Under the pieces are notes generated by a model. That model worked only from the letters and a program-made list of their open reading frames with translations, did no database searches and was not told the DNA's origin. A DNA stretch of 32,708 nucleotides, counting the filler, from Candidatus Woesearchaeota archaeon (lineage in GTDB: Archaea; Nanobdellota; Nanobdellia; Woesearchaeales; GCA-2687795): assembly GCA_030753365.1 (NCBI GenBank). It is 3 parts of 3 records of this genome, joined end to end, with 100 filler letters (N's around TTAATTAATTAA, not from the genome) between each part and the next. Parts side by side here need not be neighbours in the genome. Positions count along the whole stretch, not along the records: positions 1 to 13,697 come from JASMCJ010000074.1; positions 13,798 to 20,244 come from JASMCJ010000077.1; 1 more part is not named here. The stretch is one strand, 5' to 3'. Made by a program: the position numbers and the translations under genes. This document shows, piece after piece, positions 9,320-16,421 of the stretch (position 1 is the stretch's first letter; the number at the start of each line of letters is the position of its first letter).

Positions 9320-10957
9320 ATGGCAGATCAACAAGTACAACCAATATTTATTTTACCAGAAGGGACACAGAGAACTTCTGGCAAGAATGCTCAAAGAACT
9401 AATATTATGGCAGCTAAGTTAGTAGCTGAGACTGTTAGAACTACTTTAGGCCCTAAGGGTATGGATAAGATGTTGGTTGATTCTTTAGGAGATGTTACTG
9501 TTACTAATGATGGTGTTACAATTCTTGAAGAGATGAACATTGAACATCCTTCTGCAAAAATGATTGTTGAGGTTGCCAAGACTCAGGAAGATGAGGTTGG
9601 CGATGGAACTACAACTGCAGTGATTCTTGCAGGAGAATTGCTTAAGAACGCAGAAATCTTGTTAGATCAGGATATCCATCCTACTGTTATTGCAAAAGGT
9701 TATAGGATTGCTGCAAATAAATCACAGGAAGTTCTCAACCAGATTGCTGAAAAGATAACTGAAAAGGATGAAGATCTTCTTAAAAATATTGCAACCACCG
9801 CTATGACTGGCAAAGGCGCTGAATCTTCAAAGGAAAAGCTTGCAGAGCTAGCAGTTAGGGCTGTTAAACAGGTTATGGATACTGAGAATGGTGTTTTTAT
9901 TGATAAGGATAATATTAAGATTGAAAAGAAAGTTGGAAGTTCTGTTGATAATTCTGAGTTAATCCAGGGCATTGCCATTGACAAGGAAAAGGTTCATTCA
10001 GGCATGCCAAGACTGGTTAAGAATGCAAAGATTGCATTGATTGATTCTGCTGTAGAGGTTAAGAGCACTGAAACTGATGCTAAGATACAGATTAATGATC
10101 CTAACCAGATGCAGGCTTTCCTTGACCAGGAAGAGAAGATGCTTAAGGATATGGTTGAAAAGATTGTTAAGAGCAATGCTAATGTTGTTTTCTGCCAGAA
10201 AGGCATTGACGACATTGCCCAGCATTTCCTTGCAAAGAAAGGCATTTATGCTTCAAGAAGGGTTAAGAAGAGTGATATGGAAGGCCTTTCAAGGGCTACA
10301 GGCGCTAAGATTATTACTAACTTAGATGACTTGTCTGCTGCAGATTTAGGTAAGGCAGGCATTGTTGAAGAGACTAAGATAGGCGATGAAGATATGACTA
10401 TTGTAAAAGAGTGCAAGAACCCAAGAGCTGTAACTCTTTTGGTTAGAGGAGCTACAGAACATGTTATTGATGAGGTTAAACGAGCTGTTGAAGATGCTAT
10501 TGGTGATGTGTCAGCAGCTTTGAAGAATAATAAAGTTGTTGCAGGCGCAGGCTCTCCTGAGATTGAGCTTGCCAGAAATTTAAGAAAGTTTTCCGAAAGC
10601 TTATCAGGAAGAGAGCAATTAGCTGTCCAGGCTTTTGCAGATTCTGTTGAGATTATCCCAAGAACTTTAGCAGAGAATGCTGGCTTAGACCCTATAGACA
10701 TTCTTACAGAACTTAAAGCAGCGCATGACAAAGATAAGAAATGGCATGGTATTGACGTTTTCACAGGTAAAATTGTTGATGCTTGGAGCAAGGGCGTTTT
10801 AGAGCCTTTAAAAATCAAGACTCAGGCTGTTAGCTCAGCTAGTGAGGTTGCAATCATGATTTTAAGGATTGATGATCTTATTGCATCTTCAGGCGGAGGA
10901 GCTAAAGGCGGTATGCCAGATATGATGCCTCCTGGTGGAATGCCTCCAGGATACTAA
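9320..10957 (+). CDS. ths: thermosome subunit (group II chaperonin)
   Basis: [56 protein letters not shown] and a GGM-rich tail. Confidence 0.97.
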   Translation: MADQQVQPIFILPEGTQRTSGKNAQRTNIMAAKLVAETVRTTLGPKGMDKMLVDSLGDVTVTNDGVTILEEMNIEHPSAKMIVEVAKTQEDEVGDGTTTAVILAGELLKNAEILLDQDIHPTVIAKGYRIAANKSQEVLNQIAEKITEKDEDLLKNIATTAMTGKGAESSKEKLAELAVRAVKQVMDTENGVFIDKDNIKIEKKVGSSVDNSELIQGIAIDKEKVHSGMPRLVKNAKIALIDSAVEVKSTETDAKIQINDPNQMQAFLDQEEKMLKDMVEKIVKSNANVVFCQKGIDDIAQHFLAKKGIYASRRVKKSDMEGLSRATGAKIITNLDDLSAADLGKAGIVEETKIGDEDMTIVKECKNPRAVTLLVRGATEHVIDEVKRAVEDAIGDVSAALKNNKVVAGAGSPEIELARNLRKFSESLSGREQLAVQAFADSVEIIPRTLAENAGLDPIDILTELKAAHDKDKKWHGIDVFTGKIVDAWSKGVLEPLKIKTQAVSSASEVAIMILRIDDLIASSGGGAKGGMPDMMPPGGMPPGY

Positions 10958-12207
10958 CCTTCTTCTTTCCCAACATTCATTTTCAAGAAATACTTTGAAA
11001 GCTTTATCATAATAGTTGATGTAATTATTGAATATAATATGAATGCCAAGCTTAAGTTAAGAACAACTTGAGCTCCTGGTAATGATATAAACGGAACAGT
11101 TACAAGATTTCCTATTCCTTTTACTATTTCTGTTGTTGTGAACATATAAGTTGTCAATATGAATATTACCACTGCTACTGCTATGCCTTTCTGGACATTA
11201 AAAGACATGAATATCCTTTCTCTTAAGTTATACTCTTTAGAAAATAATAGCTGGATTGTGCCAAACCTTATTATCAGATATATAAGGAATAGTGTAAATG
11301 ATTTAACTAGAAATCTTGTGTTTAACGGAATGTTAATTATAAACCCTACTAGCACAAACACTAATATTTGCAGTGAGCTTGCAAACACGCTTGAAAACTC
11401 CTGCAAAACATTCTTTTCCTTTAGATAAACATTGCCAAAGAAGATTCCCATCACTGTTACAGCAAGTACACCATTGCCACCAAGGTTTTCTGCCAGGATA
11501 TATGTTAGCAATGTGGCTGTTATGATTGCCAAAGGACTTAATGTTTCTGAATACTTCCTTTTCATTAGCTTAAATACTATTATTCCTACTAATATGCCTG
11601 CTCCTATCCCTGCAACAAATTGCTGTAAGAAAGGTGATATTTGTTCTATGATTTTTGACATTACTAATTCTTTCTTTATGGTTCCCATAAGGTCTAATAT
11701 TATGAATGGCATCAGAACTATAAGAGGAGTATTGATTATTGATTCTATTTCCAGCATTTCTATTACTTTATTTTTGGTTTGTTTGAACATTGTAAACACT
11801 GTTGAAGGATCTGTGCCAGACATTAATGCTGCAAACATCACAGCAAGGTAATATGAAGGTATTTTGAATATCATTACTGCAAAGAAAGAAAGGAATATCA
11901 TGTTTGCCAGAAGGAACACGGCAGATAATTTTAATGTTTTAACTGAAAACAGATCAAATTCTTTCATCTTTAGCCTTGAAGACGAATCAAACACTATCAT
12001 TACTAACGCAAGTATTCCTATTGATGTTAAGAATATGTCTGGAAACTGGAATAATGGCTGTTCATTGTATGTTATCTTATTTAACAGAATACCAGTTAGT
12101 ATGAGAAAAAGGATGTTAGGCAGACCAAGCTTTCTTGATATTAATGTGGATATTATGCCTATTAATAGGATTATTCCTAAGTATGTTAAAAACACAAGTG
12201 CTTCCAT
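10954..12207 (-). CDS. cation:proton antiporter (CPA1/NhaP type)
   Basis: Highly hydrophobic multi-pass protein, GTDP motif, IESIINTP (ES..ND-like), GNGVLAV; GAGGTGA ribosome-binding site at 12211-12217; convergent 4-nt overlap with the thermosome stop. Confidence 0.88.
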   Translation of the reverse strand: MEALVFLTYLGIILLIGIISTLISRKLGLPNILFLILTGILLNKITYNEQPLFQFPDIFLTSIGILALVMIVFDSSSRLKMKEFDLFSVKTLKLSAVFLLANMIFLSFFAVMIFKIPSYYLAVMFAALMSGTDPSTVFTMFKQTKNKVIEMLEIESIINTPLIVLMPFIILDLMGTIKKELVMSKIIEQISPFLQQFVAGIGAGILVGIIVFKLMKRKYSETLSPLAIITATLLTYILAENLGGNGVLAVTVMGIFFGNVYLKEKNVLQEFSSVFASSLQILVFVLVGFIINIPLNTRFLVKSFTLFLIYLIIRFGTIQLLFSKEYNLRERIFMSFNVQKGIAVAVVIFILTTYMFTTTEIVKGIGNLVTVPFISLPGAQVVLNLSLAFILYSIITSTIMIKLSKYFLKMNVGKEEG

Positions 12208-12258
12208 GGTTCACCTCTCTTTAATGGTTTAGAAATTTCCTTCTTAATATAGTTTTCC

Positions 12259-12269
12259 TTTCCGCCCTA
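12259..12269. repeat. left arm of a perfect 11-bp inverted repeat bracketing the RelBE-like module
   Basis: TTTCCGCCCTA; exact reverse complement at 12781-12791. Confidence 0.75.
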
Positions 12270-12284
12270 ATTAGAAAAATTTAT

Positions 12285-12306
12285 ATACTATAGCTGATTA
12301 TAGTAT
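12285..12306. promoter_or_regulatory. palindromic operator candidate overlapping the TA promoter
   Basis: ATACTATA-N6-TATAGTAT between the TTTATATA box and the antitoxin ATG. Confidence 0.5.
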
Positions 12307-12309
12307 GCT

Positions 12310-12531
12310 ATGGTAACTACAATACAAATAAGTGGAAATTTACAGAATGAGTTAACAGATAGAAAGATTTCTGATAGAGAGACCTATGAAGAAATTATAT
12401 GGGATCTGATAGAAGACACTAAAGAGCTATCTGAAGAAACTAAAAGAGAAATTAAAGAATCCAGAGAAGAATTTAAAGAAGGAAAGTTCTCTACTCTTGA
12501 AGATGTTGAAAGACGACTTGGAATAAGGTGA
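12310..12531 (+). CDS. antitoxin (RelB-like/DUF7557-like, acidic)
   Basis: MVTTIQIS...RETYEEIIWDLIED...ELSEET...EFKEGKFSTLEDV; small acidic protein directly upstream of a RelE toxin. Confidence 0.8.
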   Translation: MVTTIQISGNLQNELTDRKISDRETYEEIIWDLIEDTKELSEETKREIKESREEFKEGKFSTLEDVERRLGIR

Positions 12532-12534
12532 GTT

Positions 12535-12783
12535 ATGTATCAAGTAATATTCACACCTAACTCTGAGAAACAGTTAAAGAAACTTCCTAAAGATATTCAA
12601 GTCAGAATTATTAATGCACTAAAAAGAATTAGAATTAGACCTGAGTCTTATCTTACAAAATTAGTTGATGATCCTGCGTATAAGTTTAGAGTAGGAGATT
12701 ACAGATTAATTATTGATGTTATTCATGATAAACTTATTCTATTGGTTGTAAAAATAGGACATAGAAGGAATGTATATCAATAG
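12535..12783 (+). CDS. relE: RelE/ParE-family toxin
   Basis: MYQVIFT..SEKQLKKL, YKFRVGDYRLI, VVKIGHRRNVY; AGGTGA ribosome-binding site upstream. Confidence 0.9.
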   Translation: MYQVIFTPNSEKQLKKLPKDIQVRIINALKRIRIRPESYLTKLVDDPAYKFRVGDYRLIIDVIHDKLILLVVKIGHRRNVYQ

Positions 12784-12791
12784 GGCGGAAA
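12781..12791. repeat. right arm of the 11-bp inverted repeat; contains the relE stop codon
   Basis: TAGGGCGGAAA. Confidence 0.75.
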
Positions 12792-12796
12792 TAAAA

Positions 12797-12824
12797 ATTG
12801 AATATAACCCTTGTTATATTCTCG
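12797..12824. other. dif-like tyrosine recombinase site 1 (11-6-11)
   Basis: ATTGAATATAA-CCCTTG-TTATATTCTCG; ATAA-N6-TTAT core; on the minus strand one arm reads TTATATTCAAT versus the E. coli XerD arm TTATGTTAAAT. Confidence 0.55.
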
Positions 12825-12902
12825 AGCCTACGAAGTGGGCGAGACAAGCGAACGAAGTGAGTGAAGAGTTTAGAAAAAGACTACATATAAAGCACGAAGT
12901 GC
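12820..12902. repeat. cluster of GAA-loop mini-hairpins (ACGAAGTG x3)
   Basis: GCCTAC-GAA-GTGGGC 12826-12840 inside a TCTCG/CGAGA stem; GAACGAAGTGAG 12850-12861; GCAC-GAA-GTGC 12892-12902. Confidence 0.65.
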
Positions 12903-12921
12903 AATCAAAGAAAAGAATAAA

Positions 12922-12934
12922 AGGCGGAAAAAGT
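12922..12934. repeat. left arm of a perfect 13-bp inverted repeat bracketing the GDT1 gene
   Basis: AGGCGGAAAAAGT; exact reverse complement at 13514-13526; abuts the GDT1 stop. Confidence 0.75.
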
Positions 12935-13479
12935 CAAAAAAAGCAAAGTACACCAATGATGATAAATAAAATCCCTGCAATGTATGATACCCTTTTTCGA
13001 TTGATTTCCTTAATAATAAATTTACCTAAATAAACAGCTAATATCGATAGGATAACTAATACAGAGATAACACCTAAAAACACCCACAATGCATTAAATT
13101 TTGTTGCAAATAATCCAGAAACAATTTGGGTTTTATCCCCCATTTCAGATAATAGTATTATTCCAAACCCCGAAAGAAATGGGCTTTTTAGATCACATTT
13201 AGCATCATCTTCTTTATTGTTTGTTAAAGTAATGATTCCGAAAATTAAAAATATTATACCTGAGAATATTTTAATAAATTTTAGAGGTATAATATTTGTT
13301 ATATAATCGCCCAAAAGGATGGCTAATCCATCTGTTATGATGAATGCTAAAATCACACCAAGCAATAATTGAAAATATTTTTTTGTTTTTGAAGCTAAAC
13401 AAAATACAGCAATTTGTGTTTTATCTCCTAGTTCAGCTAATCCGACAGCGATAAAAGGTATAATAAAATCTTGCCACAT
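12934..13479 (-). CDS. TMEM165/GDT1 (UPF0016) family Ca2+/Mn2+ transporter
   Basis: Two copies of the signature motif: AELGDKTQI and SEMGDKTQI. Confidence 0.93.
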   Translation of the reverse strand: MWQDFIIPFIAVGLAELGDKTQIAVFCLASKTKKYFQLLLGVILAFIITDGLAILLGDYITNIIPLKFIKIFSGIIFLIFGIITLTNNKEDDAKCDLKSPFLSGFGIILLSEMGDKTQIVSGLFATKFNALWVFLGVISVLVILSILAVYLGKFIIKEINRKRVSYIAGILFIIIGVLCFF

Positions 13480-13513
13480 ATTATTGTTTTTTGCATCACT
13501 ATTAATAAATTTA

Positions 13514-13526
13514 ACTTTTTCCGCCT
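13514..13526. repeat. right arm of the 13-bp inverted repeat
   Basis: ACTTTTTCCGCCT. Confidence 0.75.
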
Positions 13527-13550
13527 CATGTATTTAAGGTCTTTTTCTAA

Positions 13551-13577
13551 ATTGAACATAATTGTGTTATATTCCCT
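13551..13577. other. dif-like site 2 (11-5-11), direct orientation relative to site 1
   Basis: ATTGAACATAA-TTGTG-TTATATTCCCT; minus-strand arm TTATGTTCAAT matches the E. coli XerD arm at 10/11; spacer one base shorter than canonical. Confidence 0.45.
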
Positions 13578-13697
13578 CTCTGGCTGGAGCCAAAGGCGAC
13601 CCGAGAGAGGTCGAGGAGCGGAACGAAGTGAGCACCGCAGAAGTAAGCCGCAGGAATTTGCCAATCTTAAGGGGGTGGAGGGGGATATTCCCCACCA
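13574..13697. repeat. GC-rich multi-hairpin non-coding element running into the assembly gap
   Basis: GCC-AAA-GGC, CGACC...GGTCG, GCGG-AACGAAGTGAGCA-CCGC, GGGGA-TAT-TCCCC; shares GAACGAAGTGAG with 12850-12861. Confidence 0.6.
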
Positions 13698-13797
13698 NNN
13701 NNNNNNNNNNNNNNNNNNNNNNNNNNNNNNNNNNNNNNNNNTTAATTAATTAANNNNNNNNNNNNNNNNNNNNNNNNNNNNNNNNNNNNNNNNNNNN
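13698..13797. other. assembly gap / artificial contig linker
   Basis: 100 nt of N with TTAATTAATTAA (stops in all six frames) at 13742-13753. Confidence 0.97.
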
Positions 13798-14165
13798 CAA
13801 TTTCAGGCATTGTAGTTGGAATAACTTCCATGATAACCACAATCATAGGCAATCTTGGTCCATTGTTAAAAAAGGCAACCGAAGGCGGTGAAGGAGCAGG
13901 CGGCATGGCTAATATGTCAGACATGTTTGGTGATGGAATACCCACCTTCTACTTCCAGATAGTTGTAGGGATATATGTAGTAGAAATGATATACATCATG
14001 ACAATCATCACAAACGGCATAGAAAACGGTTCTGACAAGCTAAACGAAAGATACAGCCTTGGAAACAACATGATAAGAAGTATGATACTATATTCTATAG
14101 TCTCTTTATCAGTAATGGTACTATTCAACCTTGTTGCAGGGGCCATAATGGGCAGCATAGAATAA
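13798..14165 (+). CDS. C-terminal fragment of a membrane protein, likely a type II secretion/type IV pilus platform (TadC/ArlJ-like) protein
   Basis: Frame open from the gap: ISGIVVGITSMITTII...IPTFYFQIVVGIYVVE...GIENGSDK; three hydrophobic segments; family call from memory of similar archaeal proteins. Confidence 0.55.
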
Positions 14166-14215
14166 AAAGCATAAAACCTCTTAGTTTAGGTCAATTCTCT
14201 GATTAATCCGAAATC

Positions 14216-14223
14216 TTTATTAA
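14216..14223 (+). promoter_or_regulatory. TATA box of the tRNA gene
   Basis: CCGAAA-TC-TTTATTAA ending 26 nt before the mature tRNA 5' end. Confidence 0.65.
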
Positions 14224-14249
14224 CAGACTTTGATTTCAACACTATATAA

Positions 14250-14378
14250 GCGAGAGTAGTATAGTGGTTAGAAAGCTCTAAAAGCTTAACCAATATACGA
14301 CGTTGCCAACGTTGTGACCCGGGTTCAAAACAGTTTTTTATTTACATAAGAAAGCTGGTGAAAGTCCCGGCTCTCGCA
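14250..14378 (+). tRNA. tRNA-Gly(GCC) with two non-canonical introns (14272-14293 at 22/23; 14330-14364 at 59/60)
   Basis: Acceptor GCGAGAG/CTCTCGC plus discriminator A; anticodon arm CGACG-TTGCCAA-CGTTG; T stem CCGGG/CCCGG; removing both inserts at BHB cut sites gives a 72-nt cloverleaf with T-loop TTCAAAT; no encoded CCA. Confidence 0.92.
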
Positions 14379-14388
14379 TTCTTTTAAT

Positions 14389-14958
14389 ATGAAACTCATC
14401 CTAACAAGGCATGGAGAAACCATTGAAAACCAGAACAAGATAGTACAAGGGCACTTGCCTGGCAAACTATCTAAAGAAGGTATTCAACAGGCAAAAAAGT
14501 TAGCCTTAAGGTTAAAAGATGAAAAGCTTGATTATATCTATTCAAGTGATTTAGCAAGAGCTGCTGACACAGCAAAAGAAATTCTAAAGTATCATCCAGA
14601 TACCTCCATAGAATTTGTAGAAGAACTAAGGGAAGGAGATTTAGGAAGTTTCACTGGCAAAAACAAAAAAGACATTGATTGGAACAATCGTCCTGGTGAT
14701 ATGGAACCAAGAGAAAGCATGCGAAAAAGAGTCAAGAAACTATTAGATTCTGTATACACTAAACATCCAAATGCAACTATATTATTTGTAGGCCATAATG
14801 GCATCAACAAGGCTTTAATTTCTGTAATCCTAAATAAGCCTGCTGAATACATGGAATAACTGGAAAACCAGTCAAACACAGCAGTTTGCATATTTGAAAT
14901 AAAAGAAGACAAGAACCATATTGTGCACTTAATGAACTGTGTAAAGCATCTTGGCTAA
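14389..14958 (+). pseudogene. histidine phosphatase (phosphoglycerate mutase-like) with an internal in-frame TAA at 14857-14859
   Basis: RHGET, SSDLARA, LREG, VGHNG motifs; after the TAA the frame continues LENQSNTAVCIFEIKEDKNHIVHLMNCVKHLG*, the family's usual C-terminus. Confidence 0.75.
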
Positions 14959-15085
14959 CATTGGTTACCTATTAAACAAAATATTATTCCTTAATACAAA
15001 TGCTTCTTCCCTAACCCATTAAGGCTCTTCCATCTCCTTCATATAATCCAGCCAAAACCCTAACTCATTAGTTCCCATTCTTAAT

Positions 15086-15180
15086 TATTTAGTTTGGGTT
15101 TTATACCCCGATGCTTGCATCGGCTTAATACGCAAACTAAATACTAAAAATACCCCGCAGCTTGCTGCGATTGGGATTTT
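15086..15180. mobile_element. non-autonomous twin-hairpin element (IS200/IS605-end-like or REP-like)
   Basis: ATACCCCGATGCTTGCATCGG (15103-15123) and ATACCCCGCAGCTTGCTGCG (15150-15169) with compensatory stem changes; first copy enclosed by TATTTAGTTTG/CAAACTAAATA. Confidence 0.55.
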
Positions 15181-15309
15181 TTATTCATACCTATTAGTTC
15201 TGATAATAATATAATTATCAGGAGTTGGCTGCTCAACCTCTACCCTAACATAATCTTCCTCTAACTTTTTCAAGGCATCTTCAAGATTCTTATCGATTTT
15301 TTGATACAT
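15181..15309 (-). CDS. small hypothetical ORF, possibly truncated by the adjacent hairpin element
   Basis: MYQKIDKNLEDALKKLEEDYVRVEVEQPTPDNYIIIRTNRYE*; the stop sits at the element boundary. Confidence 0.35.
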   Translation of the reverse strand: MYQKIDKNLEDALKKLEEDYVRVEVEQPTPDNYIIIRTNRYE

Positions 15310-15386
15310 GTTATTATCCTTCAATTTAACAAATATAAACCTTTCCAAAAGATAATTATATAAACCCATAAACAACAAAATCTTCT

Positions 15387-16421
15387 ATGAACCAGCTCTC
15401 AGCCTTAGACATCTATTACTTGCTAAAAGAATTCAAGACTCTAATAGGCTCAAAAATAAACAACGTATATCAACTCTCAAAGAAAGAGTTCTACTTCCAG
15501 CTCCACACCCCTAACAAAGGCAAAAGTTACCTAAAAATATCTCTACCATCATTCATCTTCCTAACAGAAAAAAAGGAAACCATAGAAACTCCTTCAAACT
15601 TCTCAATCTTCCTAAGAAAACACCTAAACAATGCAAGAATCAGAAGCATCTCCCAAAAAAACTTTGAAAGAATCATAGAAATCCAACTAGAAAAAGAAAC
15701 CACTCACATCCTAATCATTGAACTCTTCAGCAAAGGCAACATAATCCTCTGCGATGAAAACTACACAATCATAAGCCAGTTAGAACAGCAAAAATGGAGC
15801 CAAAGAGAAATCAAAAAAGGCATAACATACAAATATCCAGAAAAAGCATACAACTTCATTGCACTAAAACAACCTGAACTAACCAAAGCCTTAAAACAAA
15901 CAAAAAAAGACAAGCTAGTCACCTTCCTAGCAACCGAGCTAAGCTTAGGCGGCCTTTACTCAGAAGAAGTATGCACTATAACAAACATAGACAAAACCAA
16001 AAAACCATCTCTCTTAAAAGAAAAAGAAATTAGCTTATTATTCTCAGCATTCAAAACCCTAAAAACCAGAACACCAGACCTAAAAGGCTTCAAAACCTTC
16101 AGTAGCTTAATAGAATCCTCCAACAAAACAGAAACAAAAAATCCCGAAGAAATCAGGTTCCAAAAACAAAAAGATAAATTAACCTCCATCCTCCAAACAC
16201 AAGAAGATAAAATCAAAGAGCTAAACCAGAAAGAAGAAGAACACAAAAAGAAAGCAGAACTCATCTATTCCAACTACAATCTAATCAAAACCATTCTCAA
16301 AGACATCATCAAAGCAAAAGAAAAATACAGCTGGGAAGAAATAAAAGCCAAACTAAAAGGCCATAAGATAGTAAAAGAAGTAAACACAAAAGATAAGACA
16401 ATTGTTCTGGAAATAAACTAA
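15387..16421 (+). CDS. N-terminal half of Rqc2/RqcH (NFACT-N/FbpA domain, HhH, first coiled coil)
   Basis: LSALDI, GSKINNVYQ, PSNFSIFLRKHL, FERIIE, IIELFSKGNIILCD, YKYP, LGGLYSEEVC, KAELIYSNY; ends KTIVLEIN*; TTATATAAA box at 15356-15364. Confidence 0.88.
   Translation: MNQLSALDIYYLLKEFKTLIGSKINNVYQLSKKEFYFQLHTPNKGKSYLKISLPSFIFLTEKKETIETPSNFSIFLRKHLNNARIRSISQKNFERIIEIQLEKETTHILIIELFSKGNIILCDENYTIISQLEQQKWSQREIKKGITYKYPEKAYNFIALKQPELTKALKQTKKDKLVTFLATELSLGGLYSEEVCTITNIDKTKKPSLLKEKEISLLFSAFKTLKTRTPDLKGFKTFSSLIESSNKTETKNPEEIRFQKQKDKLTSILQTQEDKIKELNQKEEEHKKKAELIYSNYNLIKTILKDIIKAKEKYSWEEIKAKLKGHKIVKEVNTKDKTIVLEIN

Noticed and set aside
11027..11040. Third ATTGAATATAA half-site
   Set aside because: Inside the antiporter coding sequence with no matching second arm; likely chance
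1651..12232. Many antisense ORFs in the track (e.g. 1651-1986, 5487-5957, 10246-10818, 11432-11851)
   Set aside because: Shadows of well-supported genes on the opposite strand
12820..12902. CRISPR array from ACGAAGTG repeats
   Set aside because: Repeats are only 8-12 bp with irregular spacing, and there are no cas genes
12797..12934. Integron attC site interpretation (ATATAAC...GTTATAT)
   Set aside because: The two core-like boxes are only 4 nt apart, with no L boxes or long bottom-strand hairpin between them, and no integrase is in view; the geometry fits a dif-like site better
12770..13033. 87-aa ORF, and the ORFs at 13437-13664, 13471-13749 and 13562-13753
   Set aside because: They run across hairpin elements, overlap the GDT1 gene or enter the N gap; no protein-like motifs
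13574..13697. RNase P RNA, SRP RNA or tRNA
   Set aside because: I found no GAGGAAAGTCC-type P4 motif, SRP helix 8 motif or cloverleaf on either strand
13742..13753. TTAATTAATTAA palindrome, repeated at 20289-20300
   Set aside because: Centred in identical 100-nt N runs and gives stops in all six frames: an artificial contig linker
14857..15021. Reassignment of TAA suggested by two nearby in-frame TAA codons
   Set aside because: TAA ends many well-defined genes here (ispG, thermosome, acylphosphatase), so local decay or error is simpler
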